Shown: positions 35,689-44,662 of the stretch, in pieces
Numbering within the stretch: the stretch's first letter is position 1
How the letters are laid out: every line of letters starts with the position of its first letter
NCBI GenBank assembly: GCA_964638585.1
Contig: CAZXAN010000002.1
Span: 73,291-137,290 of the forward strand
Direction: 5' to 3'
Source of the DNA: an uncultured Candidatus Saccharibacteria bacterium
GTDB taxonomy: Bacteria; Patescibacteriota; Minisyncoccia; Phycocordibacterales; Phycocordibacteraceae
DNA: 64,000 nucleotides
Position numbers and translations under genes: made by a program
The notes under the pieces: generated by a model
What the model saw: only the letters and a program-made list of their open reading frames with translations
The model's database searches: none
What the model was told of the DNA's origin: nothing

Positions 35689-37449
35689 CTATTCTAGCAC
35701 TGCTTTTATTCTTCGGATGCCGGCAGAACTAGCTTCTTCTTTTAAGATTTTAAAAGTGCCAGATAGCTCGCCTGTGTTAGATACGTGCGGGCCGCCACAA
35801 AATTCTATAGAGAATGCAGAATCGAGAGGCCCGACAGAATAAACCGATACCATGTCGGGATAATTCGCGCCGAACTCATGTTCAGCGCCAAGCTTCTCTG
35901 CGTCTTCTTTCTTCATATCAGTGCGTACCACTGGTATTTTTTCTGCAATTTTCTCATTTACTATTCTTTCAACCTCTCTCTTCTGTTCATCAGTCATCTT
36001 TTGTCCGTATGAAAAATCTATGCGCAGGCGCTCGCTGGTGATATTACTCCCTCGCTGATGCACGTCTTTACCAAGCACTATTTGTAGAGACTTAAGCAAT
36101 AAGTGATGTGCTGTGTGATATTTAACAGTCTGTTCGGCATGATCAGCCAATCCACCGGCAAACTTCTGTGCCGCACCCGCCCGTGACAACGCCTGATGCT
36201 CCTGCATCTTCGCTTTTACTGCATCCATGTCAAGTGTAATTCCCTTCTCTTTTGCGATTTCCTCCGTGAGTTCTATTGGAAAGCCGTAGGTTGTGAAGAG
36301 CATGAATGCGTCAACAGCGTCGCCCATCTTCTCCAGCTCACGCATGCCGTGCGCAAGCGTTTTTCTGAACTGCGTTTCTTCTGCGCTGAACTCGTCTGTG
36401 TGCCCTCCTGAAATTTCGCCGAGTATCGCTTCCTTGATGCCAATCTTGTCTATTTCTCGTATCGCACGACGGATAAGGCGACGCAAAACGTATCCCTGCT
36501 CCGTGTTAGATGGGCGAAGTCCAGCGTCAAACATGACCGAAGCTGCCCGTGTATGGTCTAAAATAATCCTAAACGACCGAGTTACCGAAGTTAAACTTCG
36601 GTAATTGTGACCTGAACGTTTTTCAAGCACTGCCCGAGGCGCGTCAAACACATCAATCAAAAACACATCCGGATTATTGTTTGTTGCAGCTGTTAGGCGC
36701 TCAAGACCGCCACCGAAATCTACATTTTGTTTAGGTAACTTTCCGAAGGCTACTTGCCCTGAGCTTGTCGAAGGGTCGGCGCTTTTTATGTATTCCATAA
36801 ATACAGAGTTACCGATCTCCATGAAGCGCCCACAGTCACAGTTTGGGTGGCACTTTTCATCAAATGCAGGATCATGTTCAACACTTGTGAATTCGTAAAA
36901 GATTTCAGAATCTGGCCCTCCAGGCTCCCCAGCAGGCATTTTATCTGGAGTACCTGAACGGCTCCACCAATTCTTCTTTGCATCATAAAAAAGAATCCTA
37001 TCTTCCGGCACTCCAATCTTTTTCCAAATCTCTGCTGATTCAGTATCTTTAGGTAGACCGAGCGATTCGTCTCCTGCAAAACAAGTGACCCATAACTTCT
37101 CTTTTGGCAGTTTCAGCTCCTCGGTTAAAAATTCATAGACCCACGGCAACTGCTCTTTTTTAAAATAATCACCGAGCGACCAGTTGCCGAGCATTTCAAA
37201 GAATGTCGTGTGGCGGTTGTCCCCAACTTCTTCTATATCTCCTGCGCGAAAGGAGAGCTGCGAATTCGCCAGCCTTTTACCCTCCGGGTGCTCCTGGCCG
37301 AGGAGGTATGGCACAAGAGGCTGCATCCCGCTACTGGTAAACAGCGTGGTTGGGTCGTTCTCTGGCACGATAGGCGCGCTCGGTATAATCGCGTGTCCCC
37401 TCGCAGCAAAGAAAGCTAGATATTTGCTCCTAACCTCGTTGACGGTCAT
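35689..37449 (-). CDS. alaS: Alanine--tRNA ligase, short form (586 aa; apparently lacks the C-Ala domain)
   Basis: The N-terminal class II AlaRS catalytic core (FTSSGMQPLVPYLLG..., GNWSLGDYFK) and a CGGPHV editing-type zinc motif lie near the C-terminus. Confidence 0.8.
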   Translation of the reverse strand: MTVNEVRSKYLAFFAARGHAIIPSAPIVPENDPTTLFTSSGMQPLVPYLLGQEHPEGKRLANSQLSFRAGDIEEVGDNRHTTFFEMLGNWSLGDYFKKEQLPWVYEFLTEELKLPKEKLWVTCFAGDESLGLPKDTESAEIWKKIGVPEDRILFYDAKKNWWSRSGTPDKMPAGEPGGPDSEIFYEFTSVEHDPAFDEKCHPNCDCGRFMEIGNSVFMEYIKSADPSTSSGQVAFGKLPKQNVDFGGGLERLTAATNNNPDVFLIDVFDAPRAVLEKRSGHNYRSLTSVTRSFRIILDHTRAASVMFDAGLRPSNTEQGYVLRRLIRRAIREIDKIGIKEAILGEISGGHTDEFSAEETQFRKTLAHGMRELEKMGDAVDAFMLFTTYGFPIELTEEIAKEKGITLDMDAVKAKMQEHQALSRAGAAQKFAGGLADHAEQTVKYHTAHHLLLKSLQIVLGKDVHQRGSNITSERLRIDFSYGQKMTDEQKREVERIVNEKIAEKIPVVRTDMKKEDAEKLGAEHEFGANYPDMVSVYSVGPLDSAFSIEFCGGPHVSNTGELSGTFKILKEEASSAGIRRIKAVLE

Positions 37450-37495
37450 GTATAAAAAGATAGCACGAGATAATACATTCCTGTACTATGCTTTC

Positions 37496-39460
37496 ATGAA
37501 GAAAAACTGGGGATTTGAGAAGAGGGATATGGACGCGGGAGTGCGTCCACAGAATGATTTTTATAAGTACGCGAACGGCGGATGGTTGAAAAAGAATAAA
37601 ATACCAGAACATGAGGCGAGCTGGGGGTCGTTTATAATGTTGCGTTACGATACTGAGAAAAAACTTCGTTCTCTCGTCGCTAAGTCGCTCAAATTAAAGA
37701 ATCATAGAGTCGGGACTCCTGAACAGATGGTTGCCGACCTATATCGCTCCGGTCTAGATATGAAGAAGCGCAACGCTCTCGGTATTAAGCCCCTCCAGCC
37801 GTGGCTCGACATGATTTCAAAAATTAAAGACGTTATGTCACTAGTCACTACGCTCGCGCACTTAGAAAAAATCGGCGGGGGCGGGCCTTTTGGCTTGATG
37901 ATTGATCAGGATATGAAAAATAGCGAACGATACATAATCTACCTTTGCCAAAGCGGTCTCGGCATGCCCGACCGCGACTATTATTTGAAAGACGATGCGG
38001 AGTCTCTACGTGTGCGCACTGCTTATATTAAACATCTTGAAGCTATGTTTGTACTCATGGGTAAGACGAAAGCAGAGGCTAAACAGAGTCAGGAAATAGT
38101 GATGCGTCTGGAAACAGCTATTGCTAAAATTTCTATGACAAAAGAGGACTTGCGTGACGTAGATAAAACTTATCATAAGATGAAGTTGCCTGCGCTTGCA
38201 AAACTCGTACAAAATATAGACTGGACTACTTATTTCAAAATAATCGGCGCAAAGAGAGTACGCAACGTAGTTGTGATGCAACCGAATTTTATGAAAGCCA
38301 TAAACGTAATGATGGAAAATGAATCTATAGAAGATTGGAAGACATACCTCACGTGGCACCTTGTCGGTGGTGCGGCGAGCTATCTTTCTGAGAAATTTGA
38401 AAGACAGAGCTTTGCCTTTTACGGTACGACTCTCGCCGGAGTAAAGGTGATGAAACCCGCTTGGCGCCGTTCACTACGAGCAGTAAATGGTAATTTAGGA
38501 GAAGTGCTCGGTAAGCTATATGTTGACGAATATTTCGGTGTTGAAGCAAAGAAAAAAATCGTGGAACTTGTGGCCGACTTATTCACAGCATACGAAGCTC
38601 GTATTAAAAATCTAGACTGGATGAGCTCGGCAACTAAGAAGAAGGCTCTCAAAAAACTGCATCAAATGGTTCGTAAGCTCGGATATCCTGACAAATGGAA
38701 AAGTTATCGTGGACTCGTCATTAAGTCAGGCGAATACTTCGGTAACGCTGTGCGCGCGACACTCTTTGAGCACGCAAGAATTATGCGCCGGCTGAGCAAG
38801 CCAGTAGATCGCAAGGAGTGGCTTATGACCCCACAGACGGTAAACGCGTACTGTAACTTCGGTACAAACGACATAGTCTTCCCTGCTGCGATACTTCAAC
38901 CGCCGTTCTTTTCTACAGAAGCTGATGATGCACTTAATTACGGCGCGATGGGTACGGTCATTGGACACGAGATTACTCACGGATTTGACGATCAGGGATG
39001 TAAATTTGACGGCAAGGGAAACCGGAAGACGTGGTGGACTAAAGCAGACCAGAAGCGTTTTGATAAAAAAGCCAAAGTACTCATCAAGCAGTTTAACGAA
39101 TACAAAGTCGCTGGTGGGCTCCACGTGAACGGCCAATTGACGCTCGGTGAGAATATCGCCGACCTCGGCGGCGCCTCTATCGCATATGATGCGTATCAAC
39201 TTCGTCTTAAGAAAACTGGGCAAAAAAATATCGACGGCTTCACGCCTGAACAGCGCTTCTTCCTCTCCTTCGCTCTCTTTGAACGCGAGCTCCGTCGTCC
39301 AGAGGCCGAGAAGATGCAAGTGCTCACCGACCCACATTCACCAGGCAATTTTCGAATCAACGGCCCTGTTTCAAACCTTCCAGAATTTTATTCAGCATTT
39401 GATGTGAAGAGAGGTGACAAGCTCTATCGCGAACCAAAAAACCGCGCGAAAATTTGGTGA
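37496..39460 (+). CDS. pepO: M13 family zinc metalloendopeptidase (PepO/neprilysin-like)
   Basis: HEITHGFDDQG (HExxH), ENIADLGG and NAYCNFGTNDIVFPAAILQPPFF. The ORF track's N-terminal extension from 37184 overlaps alaS and is rejected. Confidence 0.8.
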   Translation: MKKNWGFEKRDMDAGVRPQNDFYKYANGGWLKKNKIPEHEASWGSFIMLRYDTEKKLRSLVAKSLKLKNHRVGTPEQMVADLYRSGLDMKKRNALGIKPLQPWLDMISKIKDVMSLVTTLAHLEKIGGGGPFGLMIDQDMKNSERYIIYLCQSGLGMPDRDYYLKDDAESLRVRTAYIKHLEAMFVLMGKTKAEAKQSQEIVMRLETAIAKISMTKEDLRDVDKTYHKMKLPALAKLVQNIDWTTYFKIIGAKRVRNVVVMQPNFMKAINVMMENESIEDWKTYLTWHLVGGAASYLSEKFERQSFAFYGTTLAGVKVMKPAWRRSLRAVNGNLGEVLGKLYVDEYFGVEAKKKIVELVADLFTAYEARIKNLDWMSSATKKKALKKLHQMVRKLGYPDKWKSYRGLVIKSGEYFGNAVRATLFEHARIMRRLSKPVDRKEWLMTPQTVNAYCNFGTNDIVFPAAILQPPFFSTEADDALNYGAMGTVIGHEITHGFDDQGCKFDGKGNRKTWWTKADQKRFDKKAKVLIKQFNEYKVAGGLHVNGQLTLGENIADLGGASIAYDAYQLRLKKTGQKNIDGFTPEQRFFLSFALFERELRRPEAEKMQVLTDPHSPGNFRINGPVSNLPEFYSAFDVKRGDKLYREPKNRAKIW

Positions 39461-39479
39461 AATGTAGTATTGTATATGC

Positions 39480-39851
39480 ATGGAAATTAAAAAGCCACGC
39501 ATCGTAGCCTTTGACTTTGACGGTGTTATTGCGTCTTATTCAGGATTTGTACATGGAGACGATATCAAAGACCCTATCCCAGAAGTGCTTAATGCTATTC
39601 GAATTCTTAAAGAACAGGATTACAAAATAATGATCCACTCTACTCGCGGTGACGAGTTTTTGAAAAGTTACTGCGAGAAGTTCTCTATACCGTTTGATTA
39701 TATTAACCAACGCGACGACTTATTTGGCGCGAACCCAGGTAAACCCATTGCATTTGTATATGTTGACGACAGAAACATTTGTTACAAAGGTCAGACTGCA
39801 GAAGAACTAGTATCAGAAATCGTAAACTTCAAAGCCCATTGGCAGAAATAA
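39480..39851 (+). CDS. Small HAD-superfamily phosphatase-like protein
   Basis: N-terminal FDFDGVI (DxD motif I). 123 aa. Confidence 0.5.
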   Translation: MEIKKPRIVAFDFDGVIASYSGFVHGDDIKDPIPEVLNAIRILKEQDYKIMIHSTRGDEFLKSYCEKFSIPFDYINQRDDLFGANPGKPIAFVYVDDRNICYKGQTAEELVSEIVNFKAHWQK

Positions 39852-39881
39852 TCGCATTTATTTTATCGACTTCAACTTGAT

Positions 39882-39917
39882 GTCGGAAATTTCATCCTAT
39901 AGGACGAAATTTCCGAC
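39882..39917. promoter_or_regulatory. Perfect hairpin GTCGGAAATTTC-ATCCTATAGGAC-GAAATTTCCGAC between the convergent HAD gene and ung. The loop carries the same TCCTATAGGA palindrome as the elements flanking the PaaX-like gene.
   Basis: 12-bp perfect arms. No downstream T-run on either strand, so it is not a canonical intrinsic terminator. Confidence 0.5.
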
Positions 39918-39923
39918 AAATGA

Positions 39924-40631
39924 TTAGAGCCAATTTATTGGAGTTTCGTTGTGAGAGATGAGGTACTCGTTCGCTTTGGAGAAATGCTTACAACCAAAGA
40001 AACCGGAGTAGGCAGAAAATGGCGAGGGGTGCGGGGCCTCTAGCACGAGGTGCTTGGTGCCGCTGTGCCCTCCCGTAGCCTTGGCGTAGGAGGGGTCGAT
40101 GTGCGAGCCTTTTTGTTTGGCATAGTTGCCCCAGAGCATAAAAACTAAATTTTCGCGCTCGTCTGAAAGCGCCTTAATAACCGCATCAGTAAACTCCTCC
40201 CATCCCTTCCCTTGATGCGAGCCGGCACTGTGCGCGCGCACAGTCAGGGTTGCATTCAACAATAAAACTCCCTGCTTAGACCAATGCTCGAGATCACCCT
40301 TCTTCGCCAAGGCTTCGAAGGGCAAAGAGCAATCTGTTGAAAGCTCTTTGAATATGTTTTGCAAAGAAGGCGGAACGGCTACGTTGTCGTTCACAGCAAA
40401 ACAGAGTCCATTCGCCTGGCCCACACCGTGATATGGGTCCTGTCCTAAAATTACTACTTTTACTTTATCAAACTGGCACAAGTCAAAAGCGCGAAAAATA
40501 TTTTTCGGCGCTGGATACACTACTCCCTCTTTGTATTCTTTCTTCACAAACGCAGTTAAGTCAGCAAAGTATTGCTTCTCAAATTCACCCTCCAACTTCT
40601 CTCCCCACGACTGCTCTATCTTAACGTTCAT
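39924..40631 (-). CDS. ung: Uracil-DNA glycosylase (family 1). The probable start is MNVKIEQ; the ORF track extends to 40727.
   Basis: GQDPYHG water-activating loop and a C-terminal HPSPFS leucine-intercalation loop. Confidence 0.8.
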   Translation of the reverse strand: MNVKIEQSWGEKLEGEFEKQYFADLTAFVKKEYKEGVVYPAPKNIFRAFDLCQFDKVKVVILGQDPYHGVGQANGLCFAVNDNVAVPPSLQNIFKELSTDCSLPFEALAKKGDLEHWSKQGVLLLNATLTVRAHSAGSHQGKGWEEFTDAVIKALSDERENLVFMLWGNYAKQKGSHIDPSYAKATGGHSGTKHLVLEAPHPSPFSAYSGFFGCKHFSKANEYLISHNETPINWL

Positions 40632-40717
40632 TGGGAGAGTATAATCCAAAAATGAAAACAACGTGTGGCCTGGTTTATAACCAAACCGCACGTTGCTGAA
40701 GGAACCTGTCGAGCCAG

Positions 40718-41146
40718 TTACTTCCACGCCACTCTGAATCCGAGATGTGTGGCGGACTCTTTGTACCGAATTGCGAAAGCGTTGCGGATGGCCTTTCTGC
40801 GCATCGTGGCTTTCCTCTCTGGTCTATTGACCAGAAAATGAAGAGCCGTACACCCGACGACCGAGCTGATAATCAGGGCAAGTAAAATCCTGGGAATAGG
40901 CGTTTCGAGTCCCGACAAATCGAAAAATCCAAACGCCGCCAGTGCCGCGCAGAACGATATGAAGGTACCCAGCTCGGTATTTCTAGCCCAAAAACTCTGG
41001 GAAAGATGCGCTCTGTTGAATATTTCCCATGCGGTGCGGGCCGTATCAAGCCGCTCTTTTGCGACCGCTGTTTTTGCCGTAGCGACAATTTTTTCTGCTT
41101 CTGTTTCGGGCGCTACCTGTTGGCAATTAGGGCAGATTTCTATCAT
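40718..41146 (-). CDS. Hypothetical protein with an N-terminal CPNCQ zinc-ribbon-like motif and two C-terminal TM helices
   Basis: ORF with mixed features. No family assigned. Confidence 0.35.
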   Translation of the reverse strand: MIEICPNCQQVAPETEAEKIVATAKTAVAKERLDTARTAWEIFNRAHLSQSFWARNTELGTFISFCAALAAFGFFDLSGLETPIPRILLALIISSVVGCTALHFLVNRPERKATMRRKAIRNAFAIRYKESATHLGFRVAWK

Positions 41147-41319
41147 TTTGGCTCCTTTGAGCGTAAGTTAGTCGGAACATCTTGTTTACTCCAAAAATAC
41201 CCTACCACACATAAGGCTTACTCGTCCAGTTTTTTCTAGTCAGGTATCCACGATATGTGCCGACCGGTACATAGTTTGGATAGTCCAAGTAAAGAGGTCG
41301 AACCTCTTTACTTTTCCGT

Positions 41320-42111
41320 TCATTTATTCTTTTTGTGCAATTCAAGAAGAGTTTTGCCGGCTGCTTCGCGGTAGGTGCAGTATTCGCAAGGGCCACCGCC
41401 AAATGAGATGCCGATTGGTGGGATGGTGTCACTTGTGAGCATCTTTTTTAAATCAAACACCGCTGGTTCTACCCATGTATCACTCCCTGTGTACGGGATA
41501 AGTTCAATATCAAATTCTAGCTTTCCATCAAACGCTTTGGCATCTGATTTGCCGTTCACATATACAAAGTATCCGGTCGGCGAAACTTTGAAATCGTTTT
41601 GACGAAACAGCCACTGATAGATTTCCATCTGCCTTTTGTATTGGTCATAGAGATCATCTTCAGAACTCGGGCCAATTTTTTTGCTTGTCGCTTTATAATC
41701 TACTATTATCAACTCTCCTTCTGGATTAACCCAAACATCGTCCACTCCACCTCGCATTAATATATTGGTTGGTGTGTGTAAATATGCAATTCCGCGACGC
41801 AGAGCGTCGCGCCACTCTTCCATTCTCTCATCATCTAGTGGCACAGCATCAAGCCCGTATTTTTTAAGGAGCGGATGCTGAGATTTGTTGGCGCGATGAA
41901 TATCAAATTCTGTTTTTAATAAAGTGTCCACAGCATTATTGAGTGTAAACGCTGGCATTGAGGGTCTCTTGACTCCGCACTTCATGTCTAAAAATGCGCA
42001 CCTTTGGCACTCTGTAAATAAATCAAGTTTTGATCGGCTCACCTTATACGGCTCGCCAGATGATGGGTCATATGGCCCACTCCCCTTTCTTTTATATCCT
42101 GTCGTTTTCAT
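41320..42111 (-). CDS. Cas4/RecB-like PD-(D/E)XK nuclease with N- and C-terminal cysteine clusters (putative Fe-S). The ORF track extends to 42201.
   Basis: Motif II/III ELIIVDYKATSK, the QxxxY motif (QYKRQMEIYQ), and Cys at CQRCAF...C near the N-terminus and CEYC near the C-terminus. Confidence 0.5.
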   Translation of the reverse strand: MKTTGYKRKGSGPYDPSSGEPYKVSRSKLDLFTECQRCAFLDMKCGVKRPSMPAFTLNNAVDTLLKTEFDIHRANKSQHPLLKKYGLDAVPLDDERMEEWRDALRRGIAYLHTPTNILMRGGVDDVWVNPEGELIIVDYKATSKKIGPSSEDDLYDQYKRQMEIYQWLFRQNDFKVSPTGYFVYVNGKSDAKAFDGKLEFDIELIPYTGSDTWVEPAVFDLKKMLTSDTIPPIGISFGGGPCEYCTYREAAGKTLLELHKKNK

Positions 42112-42133
42112 GTGATAACATACTATCACACGC

Positions 42134-43399
42134 ATGGGAAAGACCCTGAAAATTATTAAAAAGTTCGTACCAAAAAAGCTGTTCTTGGCTCTACAGCCCA
42201 TGTATCATTATTTATTAGCCGTTGCTGGATCTCTATGGTACAGATTCCCCTCTCACAAACTCCGTATCGTCGGTGTTACTGGTACAAACGGTAAGACAAC
42301 AACGGCTACCTTGCTATACAAGATCGCGACAAAGCTTGGATATAAAGTGGGACTTGTTTCTACTGTAGAAAATATCATTGCAGGAGAGGTTAAACCTACT
42401 ACGCATACTACTCCTGATCCTATTTCTCTAAACAAACTTTTTAAAGAAATGGTTGATACAGGGTGCGAATATGTTTTTATGGAAGTGTCCTCTCATGCAC
42501 TGGATCAAAATCGTGTGTTAGGGGTAAATTTTGTTGGTGGGATTTTTACCAATTTAACCCATGACCATTTGGACTACCATAAAACTTTTGAAAATTACTT
42601 TGAAGCCAAAAAGAAGTTTTTTAAAATGCTTCCAGCTGGGGCTTTTGCACTTTCCAATACTGATAATGAGTATGGAAATAAAATGCTTCAAGGGATAAAA
42701 GCCAAGAATTTTTCTTACGGGTTTAACGGTAATGAAAATTTTCATGGAGAAATAAAACAAACAAAATTTGATGGTCTAGATCTAGTTTTTAACGGAGAAG
42801 ATATTAACTCAAAACTATTAGGTAGATTCAATGCCTATAACTTACTAGCGGTTTGGAGTGCAAGCAATTTGCTCGGTTTTGACATGAAAAAAGTCAGTAC
42901 GATTCTAAAAGACATAGAACCACCACTTGGTAGATTCCAACATTTTACTTCTACAAATGGGGTCCTAGTTATTGTGGATTATGCTCATACTCCTGATGCC
43001 TTAGAAAATGTATTAAAAACTGTTAGAACATTTGTTAGTTCAAGAGTTATTTCTGTTTTTGGTTGTGGTGGCGACCGTGACCCGATGAAACGCAAAGTAA
43101 TGGGTCATATTGGAGTTATGCTTTCTGATATCGCGATTTTTACCTCGGATAATCCAAGGAGTGAAGATCCAGAAAAAATTATTGAACAGATGAAGACTGA
43201 TTTGTCAGACGAAGACTTAAAAAAAGTAAAAACGATTCCAAATCGTCACGAAGCAATTTTAGAAGCAGTCAAATTAGCGCAGAAGGGGGACGTAGTACTT
43301 TGCGCTGGCAAAGGACATGAAGATTATCAAGAAATTAAAGGTGTTAAACATCATTTTAATGATATGGAGGAATTTAAAAAAGCCCTTAGCATTACCTAG
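42134..43399 (+). CDS. murE: UDP-N-acetylmuramoyl-L-alanyl-D-glutamate--2,6-diaminopimelate ligase
   Basis: Mur ligase P-loop GVTGTNGKTTT, MEVSSHAL, and a DYAHTPDALENVL C-terminal domain. Confidence 0.85.
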   Translation: MGKTLKIIKKFVPKKLFLALQPMYHYLLAVAGSLWYRFPSHKLRIVGVTGTNGKTTTATLLYKIATKLGYKVGLVSTVENIIAGEVKPTTHTTPDPISLNKLFKEMVDTGCEYVFMEVSSHALDQNRVLGVNFVGGIFTNLTHDHLDYHKTFENYFEAKKKFFKMLPAGAFALSNTDNEYGNKMLQGIKAKNFSYGFNGNENFHGEIKQTKFDGLDLVFNGEDINSKLLGRFNAYNLLAVWSASNLLGFDMKKVSTILKDIEPPLGRFQHFTSTNGVLVIVDYAHTPDALENVLKTVRTFVSSRVISVFGCGGDRDPMKRKVMGHIGVMLSDIAIFTSDNPRSEDPEKIIEQMKTDLSDEDLKKVKTIPNRHEAILEAVKLAQKGDVVLCAGKGHEDYQEIKGVKHHFNDMEEFKKALSIT

Positions 43400-44249
43400 T
43401 TGTCCCTAACTCCATTGAGAGTAGTCCATCGGCTTCAGCCAATATCTCTCCGACTTGTTCGCTCTGCATATGGAGCATTTCAAATATACGGCGGTCCTTG
43501 AGAACATCATCAACTGTAATAATCCCACGCTCTATGAGCATTCTCTTTTCTGCATTTGAAAATCCTGTGAGTGCCGTGACCGGATATATTTTTGCGCGAC
43601 TCATACGCATAAAAAGGTTGTTATCTGCCGGGTAGCCCCAGCCAAGAAGCTCTACACCCGAGCATTCGGCATATGCTATAGCCTCTGAAGTAAATTTTGT
43701 ATTCGTGACGAGAATACCGCGATTTATCGGACATGATTGCACTGTAGAGTCACAGGCAAAGATGTCATCAAAACGGCTCTTCACATAAAGTGCAACTTTT
43801 AGATCTGTCTTGTAGCCTGGATCATTGTGATACTTCAACTCTGCTGCTAGGTATTCGTTCTTCTCTGAATGTGATGCGTAGAAGTCTACTTCATGTTGAA
43901 CGCACTTGCCCTGCATAATCTTGCGTGTCTCTACCTTCCAGCCCTCGGCTCGATACAGGTGTGATATAAAATCTTCAAATGGGTGCCCAGTTGGTCCTAG
44001 CTCTAGGAGTGCTCGACGGAGAGCGTAACGAGCGGCAACCGGCCGTGCCTCTTTGCGCAAGAGTGTAAAAGCGCGCGAATATATCTCGCGCGAAGAGGCG
44101 TTTGGCGTGACTGTATTGGTAATCGTCTTGGCTATGCGCTCTGCTGTGTATCCGCCTGCCCCTGCGCGCGTGAGCGATACTACAAGACGTTCTGGATCAA
44201 AAACTTCCTTTGACCCGTCCGCCTTGATAATGGTAGGCATTTGCGTCAT
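43392..44249 (-). CDS. ATP-cone domain fused to an Mrr-like (type IV) restriction endonuclease catalytic domain
   Basis: N-terminal IIKADGSKEVFDPERLVVSL is the ATP-cone pattern found in NrdR. The C-terminal region has restriction-endonuclease-like features. Confidence 0.55.
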   Translation of the reverse strand: MTQMPTIIKADGSKEVFDPERLVVSLTRAGAGGYTAERIAKTITNTVTPNASSREIYSRAFTLLRKEARPVAARYALRRALLELGPTGHPFEDFISHLYRAEGWKVETRKIMQGKCVQHEVDFYASHSEKNEYLAAELKYHNDPGYKTDLKVALYVKSRFDDIFACDSTVQSCPINRGILVTNTKFTSEAIAYAECSGVELLGWGYPADNNLFMRMSRAKIYPVTALTGFSNAEKRMLIERGIITVDDVLKDRRIFEMLHMQSEQVGEILAEADGLLSMELGTTR

Positions 44250-44662
44250 GAGCGTGTTGTTGTGGCCGACATGCCATTTACCGTTGCGTGTATCGGTAAC
44301 GACGCGCTAGCGTTTATTGTTGTAGAGAAGTTAAGGCGAGCCGGCTCTTGTAAGCATACTCCCGTGTCTTTAGGCATAGTGATTATGACAAGTATGCTGT
44401 CTGTGCTTGATGCTGTACCAACCAACTCTGCAGAGGCGGTTACGGAGGTGCATGGTGTCGGCGCCAAGATTGATCCGGTTATCGTATGAACCCCTTTCTT
44501 AAAAACGTCGTGAATAGTGACAGTTGGTACAATTTCTATAATCTTTTCTTGTTGCATCTGCGGTCGTGGTAGATCGCGCGTGTGCGGTACAGAGAGCACG
44601 AAGCTGACAAATATAATGACAGTAATAATAGCTGCAGATGTCCACAGACGCATATGACTCAT
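44246..44662 (-). CDS. Hypothetical signal-anchored secreted protein
   Basis: N-terminal TM/signal. Ser/Thr-rich. Confidence 0.35.
   Translation of the reverse strand: MSHMRLWTSAAIITVIIFVSFVLSVPHTRDLPRPQMQQEKIIEIVPTVTIHDVFKKGVHTITGSILAPTPCTSVTASAELVGTASSTDSILVIITMPKDTGVCLQEPARLNFSTTINASASLPIHATVNGMSATTTRS

Noticed and set aside
37184-37495. N-terminal 104-aa extension of the pepO ORF in the six-frame track
   Set aside because: It overlaps the alaS coding region on the opposite strand almost completely. The M13 peptidase homology begins at MKKNWGF (ATG 37496), so the upstream part is read-through of a frame that happens to be open.
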